A stretch of DNA of 64,000 nt from an uncultured bacterium (GCA_966095765.1 CBHTSZ010000002.1:32247-96246), one strand, 5' to 3'. Numbered from the stretch's first letter, positions 49,689 to 56,390 are shown. Numbers and translations are program-made. Notes: generated by a model not told the origin, from the sequence alone.

Positions 49689-50073
49689 TGGTTGATCGCG
49701 AAAGCGTTCAAACGCACCTTATACCCCCAATTCTAACGTAAGTTAGAGTGCGCGTGTACTAGCATTGAAGTTTTCTACCCTCCACTTCAACGCATCAAAT
49801 AGTCACGTGCATACTAACCCCTTTAACCCCTTATTATCTCTGCGAGGTGGTAAGGACCCCGATTTTTCAGGCGGACCACGTTATGGCAAGTATGAAGAAC
49901 TGGTTTATCCCAGGCGCACGATGCGTACCTAAATACATCAGTAGCGCTTTGCCGTGAGTAGCCCGGGTGGGTTGAAGGGTCGAATGGTGCCAGGTGATGC
50001 CCACCCTTACCTGGTACCTTTCGAAGAATACGGTATAAGAAAATAACCCCGATATATGTCGGGGTTATTTTTA
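49689..50073 (+). ncRNA. candidate structured non-coding RNA (~385 nt), class unknown
   Basis: No credible ORF. Bracketed by a promoter and a terminator. GNRA-capped hairpins at 49697-49706 and 49733-49746. 7-bp hairpin 49765-71/49784-90. Long-range 8-bp complement 49718-25/50032-39. Interleaved (pseudoknot-type) pairings 49965-71/50000-06 and 49986-94/50010-18. Confidence 0.45.
50042..50073. terminator. bidirectional terminator
   Basis: aataaccccga-tatatg-tcggggttatt with T/A runs on both sides. Confidence 0.7.
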
Positions 50074-50099
50074 TGGTGAGTAATATGGCAAATGCAAAC

Positions 50100-50138
50100 G
50101 CCCCCGACCGTTTATGGGTCGGGGGCTTTGTTTGACAG
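50100..50138. repeat. palindromic terminator element, variant copy, with TTTGTTTGACAG tail
   Basis: gcccccgac-cgtttatgg-gtcgggggc followed by tttgtttgacag. Lies directly after the cassette C stop. Confidence 0.6.
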
Positions 50139-50148
50139 TATGGACTGC

Positions 50149-50388
50149 TTATCGGTAGTGGGGGTACTTGCCGGACTCGACGCCGTGGACGAGTCGCTCC
50201 AAGCTCGTCTTGTCGTGATGCTTGGCGGCTCGCCAGAGACGCATAAAGAGCCGTGTGCGCTCTCGTCGGGTGCCCATCTCGGGCCTGTAGGTGATCTCTT
50301 CTGAGCCGTCTTCCATGATCGTTACGTCGAGCAGCATGAACGCTCGCAGCAGCGGCATCATGACGAGCAGGCGCAGGTAGCTGAACAT
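50149..50388 (-). CDS. GC-rich hypothetical protein (cassette C, 79 aa)
   Basis: ATG at 50388 follows the shared leader. High GC3. Sequence MFSYLRLLVMMPLLRAF... Confidence 0.55.
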   Translation of the reverse strand: MFSYLRLLVMMPLLRAFMLLDVTIMEDGSEEITYRPEMGTRRERTRLFMRLWRAAKHHDKTSLERLVHGVESGKYPHYR

Positions 50389-50403
50389 GATCGTTCTCTT
50401 TTC

Positions 50404-50470
50404 TGTCAAAACTCCATTTCGGAGCGGTGGTGGGCTGGAGAATCTCGCGGCTTTCGCCGCTCGACGAAAT
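50404..50470 (-). promoter_or_regulatory. conserved 5' leader stem, copy 1 (cassette C)
   Basis: Minus strand: TTTCGTCGAGCGG...CCGCTCCGAAAtggagttttgacag. Starts ~8 nt after the -10. Confidence 0.55.
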
Positions 50471-50478
50471 TAAATGCA

Positions 50479-50507
50479 ATCTTAGTATTGGATCGATAGT
50501 TTGTCAA
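50479..50507 (-). promoter_or_regulatory. promoter of cassette C
   Basis: Minus strand: TTGACA - 17 nt - TAAGAT. Confidence 0.55.
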
Positions 50508-50564
50508 CGTTTCAGAAATGAACTAAGCCCTGACAAAACGTCAGGGCTTAGAGCTTGGGTTGGA

Positions 50565-50735
50565 TCAGACGAGGCGCAACTGGCGCCAGATGAACTGGTT
50601 CTTCCGCTGCTTGCCAAAGTGGGGCTGCAGTTCGGCGTGTACGTTACAAAACGGGACCAGACCGCGTGTCTCGGAGTTGTGCTCCCAGGTTGCGATGTCG
50701 CCGCAGTCACTGCAGACTTCGAGCTCCAGGCTCAT
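50565..50735 (-). CDS. GC-rich hypothetical small protein (cassette D, 56 aa), Cys/His-containing
   Basis: MSLELEVCSDCGDIATWEHNSETRGLVPFCNVH... has a CxxC...CxxH zinc-ribbon-like pattern. Follows the shared leader. Confidence 0.5.
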   Translation of the reverse strand: MSLELEVCSDCGDIATWEHNSETRGLVPFCNVHAELQPHFGKQRKNQFIWRQLRLV

Positions 50736-50763
50736 GATACATCGTCCTTCTTTCAAGCTCCTT

Positions 50764-50809
50764 GTCTCGGAGCGGCCGACAAAAAAATACGCTCCGCCGC
50801 TCGACGAAA
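50764..50809 (-). promoter_or_regulatory. conserved 5' leader stem, copy 2 (cassette D)
   Basis: Minus strand: TTTCGTCGAGCGGC...GCCGCTCCGAGAcaaggagcttgaaag. Confidence 0.55.
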
Positions 50810-50817
50810 CTCATATA

Positions 50818-50846
50818 ACGATAAGCTAGATGGTTGTCGTGGTCAA
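50818..50846 (-). promoter_or_regulatory. promoter of cassette D
   Basis: Minus strand: TTGACC - 17 nt - TATCGT. Confidence 0.45.
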
Positions 50847-50852
50847 TAAATG

Positions 50853-50890
50853 AACAACCCCCGGCATGAAAACCGGGGGTTGTTTGACAG
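50853..50890. repeat. palindromic terminator element, copy with loop CATGAAAA
   Basis: aacaacccccgg-catgaaaa-ccgggggttgtt followed by tgacag. Confidence 0.7.
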
Positions 50891-50891
50891 G

Positions 50892-51302
50892 CTAGCGGCC
50901 GAGCTTCTTGAGGTTCTCGATTGCCTCGCAGAGACGCGCGGAGGTCATGGTGTCTCGAAGATTTCGTGATCGGGGAAAGATATCAATTTTGCCGTTCGAG
51001 AGAACGAACACCTGGCTGTGTTGGTAGCCTGGTGCGTCCATGTAGGGCTCCTTGAAAATTTCCCAAGCCGCTGTTTGATTAACAGTAACCTCCTTGCCCG
51101 ACCACCAAGAGCGCTTGGTCTGGCCCAGCAATACTCCGCCCGGCCATCCCTTCGCTTCGAGGCGTCGGAGCGCCGACTTCGCTTCCTGCTGAAGTTCCGA
51201 CCAGAGATGCTCAAGTCTGACTTGATCTTCACGCTCACGCTGTCGACTTGCTGCCTGCCTGCCCGCTTCTCGCTGCCTAAGGATTTCCTCGGGGGTGGGC
51301 AT
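50892..51302 (-). CDS. GC-rich hypothetical protein (cassette E, 136 aa)
   Basis: ATG at 51302 after GAAGGTG. Charged N-terminal helix (REAGRQAASRQREREDQVRLEHLWSEL). The C-terminal half aligns loosely with cassette F. Confidence 0.55.
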   Translation of the reverse strand: MPTPEEILRQREAGRQAASRQREREDQVRLEHLWSELQQEAKSALRRLEAKGWPGGVLLGQTKRSWWSGKEVTVNQTAAWEIFKEPYMDAPGYQHSQVFVLSNGKIDIFPRSRNLRDTMTSARLCEAIENLKKLGR

Positions 51303-51327
51303 GGGTTCACCTTCTCTCTTCTCTTGC

Positions 51328-51385
51328 CTGTCAAACTTCCTTTCGGAGAGACAGGATGTGTGGACATCGAGTCTCTCGACGAAAC
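51328..51385 (-). promoter_or_regulatory. conserved 5' leader stem, copy 3 (cassette E)
   Basis: Minus strand: TTTCGTCGAGAGAC...GTCTCTCCGAAAggaagtttgacag. Inner stem changed on both arms. Confidence 0.55.
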
Positions 51386-51392
51386 TGATGTA

Positions 51393-51421
51393 AAAATAAA
51401 ACAAAATCTATATATTGTCAA
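51393..51421 (-). promoter_or_regulatory. promoter of cassette E
   Basis: Minus strand: TTGACA - 17 nt - TATTTT. Confidence 0.45.
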
Positions 51422-51425
51422 TATG

Positions 51426-51464
51426 AAACAACCCCCGGTTTTCATGCCGGGGGTTGTTTGACAG
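51426..51464. repeat. palindromic terminator element, copy with inverted loop TTTTCATG
   Basis: aaacaacccccgg-ttttcatg-ccgggggttgttt followed by gacag. The 32-nt core is the exact reverse complement of 50853-50884. Confidence 0.7.
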
Positions 51465-51469
51465 GTGAC

Positions 51470-51868
51470 TCAGCAGTATTCGAGCGCCTGGATGGACCGG
51501 AATAGCAGATCCAGTCGGTCCAGGTCGTACTTGCCGAGCTGGGCTCGAATGTACTGTCCGCCGCCAGCCGCCGCGTAGACGATGCCGTCGGAGCCGAGAT
51601 AGAGCGTTCCCATCTCGTCACGCCATACCTCGTGGAGGTGCAGCGTGCTGCCGCTCCAGCCACGCAGCGGGCCCAAGAGGCGGTGGGCCTTACCCTGCCG
51701 GCGGACTGAAGCAACGAAGCCGCACCGCGTGGTGCTGCGGAGGGACCGGGCGACACGCATGCCCTCGTGATGGATGGCGCCGAGAAGCTCTTCTTTCCTG
51801 ATGTCGTTTCGCATGCTTCCCGGCAGCGAAACGGCGTGGAAGGTGCTAAGCAACTGCAGTGGTGACAT
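51470..51868 (-). CDS. GC-rich hypothetical protein (cassette F, 132 aa), Arg-rich
   Basis: SD GAAAGG before the ATG. Very high GC3. Own promoter directly after the pth stop. Confidence 0.6.
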   Translation of the reverse strand: MSPLQLLSTFHAVSLPGSMRNDIRKEELLGAIHHEGMRVARSLRSTTRCGFVASVRRQGKAHRLLGPLRGWSGSTLHLHEVWRDEMGTLYLGSDGIVYAAAGGGQYIRAQLGKYDLDRLDLLFRSIQALEYC

Positions 51869-51956
51869 AGCGATGCCTTTCGATGTCTCGTGCGTGACCT
51901 GCCAAACTACATTTGGATACGCGAAAGTTGCCCTTCACGCTTAACAAACTGTGCTC

Positions 51957-51985
51957 ACAATAGAGGACACAGATGGAACTGTCAA
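51957..51985 (-). promoter_or_regulatory. promoter of cassette F
   Basis: Minus strand: TTGACA - 17 nt - TATTGT. Confidence 0.5.
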
Positions 51986-51991
51986 CGCGTT

Positions 51992-52546
51992 TTAGGCGTG
52001 CGTCGTGGATTCGAAAGAGCCGGAGATAAAGCGATCGATGATCGTGGAGACTTTGCTTACGAGTTGGTCAAGCGCTTCGTCCTCGGTGCGAGTGAAGTTA
52101 CTGAGTACAAAGTCGGCGTCATCGATGCGGTCACGGAGCTCGTTATAGACACCGATGCGGATACGGGCGGTACCCTGTCCGAGATGCTGGTTCATCGACT
52201 TGATGCCGTTGTTGCCAGCGTCAGAACCGCCGATACGTGTACGGATCGTGCCGAACGGTAAAGCAAGCTCGTCATGAACGATAAGTACGTCTTCGGGTGC
52301 GATCTTGTAAAAGTCACTGATGAGGCGTGCGGCTTCACCGGTGAGGTTGTAGTACGTTGTCGGTTTGGCGAGAATGATCTTTTCGCCGCCTACAGCGAAC
52401 TCGGCGACACAGGCGCGGAACTTCTCTTTTATAGAGAACTCGATACCTTTCTCTTTGGCGTATTCGCTCAGCATGCGAAACCCGACATTGTGGCGGGTAT
52501 TCTTAAACTTTTCTTCTGGGTTGCCGAGGGCGATGATCAGCTTCAT
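51992..52546 (-). CDS. pth: peptidyl-tRNA hydrolase
   Basis: MKLIIALGNPEEKFKNTRHNVGF. Start reassigned to the ATG at 52546. Confidence 0.9.
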   Translation of the reverse strand: MKLIIALGNPEEKFKNTRHNVGFRMLSEYAKEKGIEFSIKEKFRACVAEFAVGGEKIILAKPTTYYNLTGEAARLISDFYKIAPEDVLIVHDELALPFGTIRTRIGGSDAGNNGIKSMNQHLGQGTARIRIGVYNELRDRIDDADFVLSNFTRTEDEALDQLVSKVSTIIDRFISGSFESTTHA

Positions 52547-52568
52547 ATCTGTCGTTAAGTATAGAGTA

Positions 52569-52597
52569 TTGCATAAATAGTAAACATATGCTATAAT
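52569..52597 (+). promoter_or_regulatory. promoter of cassette G
   Basis: TTGCAT - 17 nt - TATAAT. Overlaps the divergent pth upstream region. Confidence 0.6.
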
Positions 52598-52658
52598 ATA
52601 TAAGTTCGTAGTCCTTCGCCTCCGGATCGTCCGGAGGCTCCTTCCCCAAGGAGAGAAC

Positions 52659-53030
52659 ATGAACAAGTACCAGAAGATCGCGTTCGCCGCGCCTGCTGCA
52701 CTGGCAGTCGCCTTCCTGATCGCTTGGGTCTACGGCTTCGACGGCCTCGGTCTGGCGATCATCGTGACGCTCATCATCGCGCTGCTCACGCTGCCGATCG
52801 TCTGGAGGGCCATCTACGGGCTCGTCCAGCTGATCGCCAGTACCATCGCCTTCATCGGACACGGTGTCGGCAAGATCGGCGACACCGTCGCAGACTTCGC
52901 CTTCACCCGCCGTCAGCGCCTGGCCTCTGCGGCCAACAAGGTTCCCGACTGGGACACCCTGCGCAAGGCGGATGTCGACGAGTCACGTGCGAGTATCGAC
53001 GATCTGCTGCAGCCCCACCCCGTATCCTGA
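52659..53030 (+). CDS. GC-rich hypothetical membrane protein (cassette G, 123 aa)
   Basis: SD AAGGAGAG. About three TM helices followed by a charged tail. High GC3. Leader contains hairpin cctccgga-tcg-tccggagg. Confidence 0.65.
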   Translation: MNKYQKIAFAAPAALAVAFLIAWVYGFDGLGLAIIVTLIIALLTLPIVWRAIYGLVQLIASTIAFIGHGVGKIGDTVADFAFTRRQRLASAANKVPDWDTLRKADVDESRASIDDLLQPHPVS

Positions 53031-53040
53031 AAAGGTTGAG

Positions 53041-53076
53041 CCCTGCTCCCTTCTCGGGTGCGGGGTTCTTCCTTTT
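53041..53076 (+). terminator. terminator of cassette G
   Basis: ccctgc(t)ccc-ttctc-ggg(t)gcgggg followed by ttcttccttttt. Confidence 0.55.
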
Positions 53077-53124
53077 TCATCGCTTATGATTTTATGAATC
53101 ACTCGCCTGCGCTACACTGAGAAA

Positions 53125-53955
53125 ATGCAACCATCACGACGGCAACGAAATGAGCTCGCACGCACGCTCAAGCAGTTCGCTTTTGAGCAGAGCCCGCTCT
53201 TTGGCGAGAACAAAGTACAAGCTATGGAGGTGACACAGTCTTTCGAGATTATCGAAAAAGTCCCCGAAGACTGTCTCATACCCGGTACGCTCCAATTTGA
53301 TCAGCTGAAAATAAAGCTCGGTTTTACGGCAACGCGCTTTAGTGAAAGTGTGAAAGCAAAGCCTGTGTACTCATACCTTGCATCGGTCGAAGGTACTCAG
53401 CTCATCCACCCTCGGCAGCTCAACTTGAGCGATGATGCATGGGTGGCGCTCTGGAAGAAGTATCTCGAAGACGAAGAAGAGATTGATCCCGAAGAGCTTG
53501 CTGCAGGTAATGTATTGCACGCGGAAACCGTTCCGGCAGACATGAAGGACGAGATCATCGATGTGTTGATCGACGCGGGTGCGGAGTGCGAACTCTATCA
53601 GAAAAGCATGCTGAGCTTCTCGTCATGTGAGCCAGGCATCGAGTCAAGTTACGAGCGTGGTATCAGTATCGAAAACGCCCTGTTTGATTCGGTCAGTACG
53701 CACGATCATTTTGACGATGATTGGGATTCGTTCAATACGCCAGATGGTGTCCTCTATGTGCCGCCACCGTACGCACCCGATGAGCTGCCTATCGGTGACG
53801 AAATCGAGGTGCGGACCCAGTTTATCGATGTGGTACGAGGCTTGGGTATGGATAAAGAGGCGTCAGAAAACGACCTCTTGCCTCACGAACACAAGCTGCG
53901 TGAGATGATGCACGTTGTCGAGTGTCTCCGTAGGCGACGAATCGACCTAGGCTAG
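53125..53955 (+). CDS. hypothetical acidic protein (276 aa)
   Basis: Clean ORF. TACACT lies 6 nt before the ATG. No motif recognised. Confidence 0.6.
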   Translation: MQPSRRQRNELARTLKQFAFEQSPLFGENKVQAMEVTQSFEIIEKVPEDCLIPGTLQFDQLKIKLGFTATRFSESVKAKPVYSYLASVEGTQLIHPRQLNLSDDAWVALWKKYLEDEEEIDPEELAAGNVLHAETVPADMKDEIIDVLIDAGAECELYQKSMLSFSSCEPGIESSYERGISIENALFDSVSTHDHFDDDWDSFNTPDGVLYVPPPYAPDELPIGDEIEVRTQFIDVVRGLGMDKEASENDLLPHEHKLREMMHVVECLRRRRIDLG

Positions 53956-55359
53956 GTCTTGCTCAGCTTTTTCAGCTTCTTTGCGGGCTTTGTATGCCTT
54001 GGTGACTGGCTCGAGGCCCTTGGCAACGCGTTCTTTGTTTGACTTGATCTGCTTTTCGTCACGGAAGCTAAACATGATCGGCGTCCCGGCATATGGGTAA
54101 TGTTCGCGGATGCTACGCTCGAGGTAACGCTTGTATGACCAGTGAAGGAACTTGAGATTGGCGCCAAAGATGACGAACCATGGTGGGCTCTGGTCGGTTT
54201 GGACCATATAGCGGAGCTTTGGCATGGTGTTCTTGAGGCCGGCTGGTGGGTGCTTGCGAACACAGGCCTGGAGGATCTTGTTGAGTTCGGTAGTCTTGAG
54301 CTGGTGCTGGCGAGTCTTGTCAATCTCGAGCGCGAGGTCGAAGAGTTTGGTGACGTTCTGCCCTGTAACGGAACTGGTAAAGATGAGCGATGCCCATGGA
54401 ACGAACGCAAAATTACGTGAGATCTGCGGCGCGAGCGCATCGCGGGTGTAAGCATCACGTCCTTCCACGCTATCCCATTTGCTGACGACGAGCACGAGCC
54501 CCTTGCCGGCTTCTTTGATCATGCCGGCGAGCTTTTGGTCGAGCTGGGTGCTGAGCTCGTTCACGTCCATGAGCAGCAGACAGATGTCAGCTTCCTCGAT
54601 AGCCTGAAGGGTCCGGAGTACTGAGAACTTTTCTATGCCGACTTCCTGCTTGCCTGAGCGGCGCACGCCTGCAGTGTCGAGAAGCTCAATGTCCTTGCCA
54701 TGGTAACGGACGCCAACACGGTTTACGTCACGCGTTGTACCGGCGATGTTGGCGACGAGCGCCTGTTGTTTGCCGGCCAAAGTGTTAAAGAGATTGCTCT
54801 TGCCGACGTTCGGACGGCCGATGAGAGCAATACGGAGCACATCATCAGGCTCTGCCTCGTAGACCGTCGGCAGTTCAGCTGAGAGTGTTTCGAGGAGCTT
54901 GCGAGTTCCTTGGTTGTGCTCTGCGCTGGTACGGATGATGGTCTTGATACCGAGGCGGCGGAACTCGTCGGTGTCGAGTGAACCCTTGAGATCAGTCTTG
55001 TTAAGGACGAGAATGACCGGTTTTTTGCTCTTTAGCGCGGTCTTGGCGATACGACGATCCTCGTCGCTTGGGTAGATGGTGCTGTCGACGACAACCATGA
55101 TGACATCGGCGAGCTCGGTCGCCTCACTGATCTGTTCTTGGATGCTCGCCTCGAATTCATCTTCGGCTGGTTTGAGACCAGCAGTATCGACCAGCCAGAA
55201 ATGTTTGTCGTTCTCGGTGATGCGACGAACAACGTTGTCACGGGTTGTACCTGCTTCACGCGCAACAATCGCCTCTTGGGATCCATAGAGGCGGTTAAAA
55301 AGGCTGCTCTTGCCGACGTTGGTTTGCCCAACGATCGCGACGGTCGGAAGCTTACTCAT
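53947..55359 (-). CDS. der: ribosome-associated GTPase Der (EngA)
   Basis: Tandem G domains (GQTNVGKSSLFN, GRPNVGKSNLFN) plus a KH-like C-terminus. Start reassigned to the ATG at 55359 after GGAG. Confidence 0.9.
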   Translation of the reverse strand: MSKLPTVAIVGQTNVGKSSLFNRLYGSQEAIVAREAGTTRDNVVRRITENDKHFWLVDTAGLKPAEDEFEASIQEQISEATELADVIMVVVDSTIYPSDEDRRIAKTALKSKKPVILVLNKTDLKGSLDTDEFRRLGIKTIIRTSAEHNQGTRKLLETLSAELPTVYEAEPDDVLRIALIGRPNVGKSNLFNTLAGKQQALVANIAGTTRDVNRVGVRYHGKDIELLDTAGVRRSGKQEVGIEKFSVLRTLQAIEEADICLLLMDVNELSTQLDQKLAGMIKEAGKGLVLVVSKWDSVEGRDAYTRDALAPQISRNFAFVPWASLIFTSSVTGQNVTKLFDLALEIDKTRQHQLKTTELNKILQACVRKHPPAGLKNTMPKLRYMVQTDQSPPWFVIFGANLKFLHWSYKRYLERSIREHYPYAGTPIMFSFRDEKQIKSNKERVAKGLEPVTKAYKARKEAEKAEQDLA

Positions 55360-55445
55360 TGGCTCCATTATAACAGAGGTCAAAAATATTGACAAGGCAA
55401 AAATATTATTGCTAGATATTCATACTCAAGCGTACAATTGGATGT

Positions 55446-55691
55446 ATGGAAGATTTTACTGATCTGAGAGAGCTTGCGGATAGGTGTGATGAGGCGATCC
55501 GCCACCGTTTGCTCCGGTATATCGAGTTAAAGCAAGTGTTTGCTGAGCTCACCGGCGATGGAACGATCAGTGAAGCAACACCCCTACTCGGCGCTCTATA
55601 CGAGCAACATCCTAAGAAACGCGAGATAGTAGCAACAGCCGGGCAGTTACGGAAGCTTGGGCGGATAACCTTCTCCAAGATCGAAACGTAG
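55446..55691 (+). CDS. hypothetical protein (81 aa)
   Basis: TTGCTA-N18-TACAAT, then 7 nt to the ATG. Its stop codon abuts the rluB stop. Confidence 0.5.
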   Translation: MEDFTDLRELADRCDEAIRHRLLRYIELKQVFAELTGDGTISEATPLLGALYEQHPKKREIVATAGQLRKLGRITFSKIET

Positions 55692-56390
55692 TTACCTCGC
55701 GGTGGTCTCTAGGGTTGTGCCCTCTGCGAGACCGTCTAAGGCGTAGGGACCGAAATGGGTGCGGTGTAGTCTAACGACGGTGTAACCAAGTGCGGCAAAC
55801 GTACGACGGATCTGACGGTTACGGCCCTCAGACATTATGACGCGCCACTCGGTCCGGTTGTCGTCGGACATGCGCTCGAGCGTGAGTTTGCTCTGCCCGT
55901 CTTCGAGCGTGACGCCATAGTCATTGATCATCTGCTGGTGAAGCGGCTCGAGCTCATGATCGACCTCGACCTCATAGACTTTTCGCTTTTGAAACTTCGG
56001 ATGCGTCATTCGGTGTGCGAGGTCGCCGTCGTCTGTGAGGAGCAAGAGGCCCGAGCTGTCTCGGTCAAGGCGGCCGACTGCTTTGAGCTTCTGCTGGTCG
56101 TCGCTCAGCAGTTCGTAGATCGTTGGGTAATCACCCTGGCGTCGACGCGAGCAGACATAGCCGACTGGCTTGTTGAGCATGAGGTAGGTGTATGCGTGTG
56201 ACTGGCCACCGCCGATTGCCTTGCCGTCGAGCTGAACATTATCTCCGCTACCTACTTGCGATCCCATAGCGGCTTTTTCTCCGTTGATCGTTACTCGACC
56301 AGCAGAGATTGCATTATCAACCTCGCGGCGGCTGAGGCCGGTAGCGTGCGCAATGTATTTGTTGACACGTGTCGTGCCTTCGTTATCCAT
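55692..56390 (-). CDS. rluB: pseudouridine synthase, RsuA/RluB family
   Basis: N-terminal S4 domain (KYIAHATGLSRREVDNAI). Catalytic GRLDRDSSGLLLLT. Confidence 0.85.
   Translation of the reverse strand: MDNEGTTRVNKYIAHATGLSRREVDNAISAGRVTINGEKAAMGSQVGSGDNVQLDGKAIGGGQSHAYTYLMLNKPVGYVCSRRRQGDYPTIYELLSDDQQKLKAVGRLDRDSSGLLLLTDDGDLAHRMTHPKFQKRKVYEVEVDHELEPLHQQMINDYGVTLEDGQSKLTLERMSDDNRTEWRVIMSEGRNRQIRRTFAALGYTVVRLHRTHFGPYALDGLAEGTTLETTAR

Noticed and set aside
49689-50073. tmRNA (ssrA), 6S or SRP RNA identity for the same locus.
   Set aside because: Neither strand shows a tRNA-like acceptor/T-arm with GGGG 5' end and GUUCGAnUC...CCA 3' end. There is no tag ORF ending in ...ALAA. There is no SRP domain IV motif (GGAAG...AGCAG). 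The length does not fit 6S.
49689-50160. RNase P RNA (rnpB) identity for the orphan RNA. GGUGCCAGGUGAUGCC (49986-50001) resembles the P15/L15 region. GAAGAACUGGUUUAUCC (49894-49910) and GACAGUAUGGACUGCUUAUCGG (about 50134-50155) resemble the ACAGAAnCCGGCUUAUC block. GUGAGUAGCCCGGGU (about 49954-49968) vaguely resembles GAGGAAAGUCCGGGC.
   Set aside because: The motif order is wrong for RNase P, because a 3'-type block precedes the 5'-type blocks. There is no true GAGGAAAGUCC. I could not build a convincing P4 helix. No GGGUGAAA...GGUAAGAGC region lies between the blocks. Two strong terminators and a protein-coding 3' end would lie inside the RNA. I treat these as chance short matches until a covariance-model search says otherwise.
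49823-50479. 218-aa minus-strand ORF spanning the RNA locus, two terminators and cassette C.
   Set aside because: It runs through a promoter, two strong hairpin terminators and the better-supported cassette C frame. The predicted protein is low-complexity and Arg/His-rich. I consider it spurious.
50100-51464. Integron-like cassette array, with the palindromic elements acting as attC sites.
   Set aside because: The stems do not contain the RYYYAAC / GTTRRRY core sites. Every ORF has its own promoter, whereas integron cassettes are typically promoterless. No integrase gene or attI site is present in the window.
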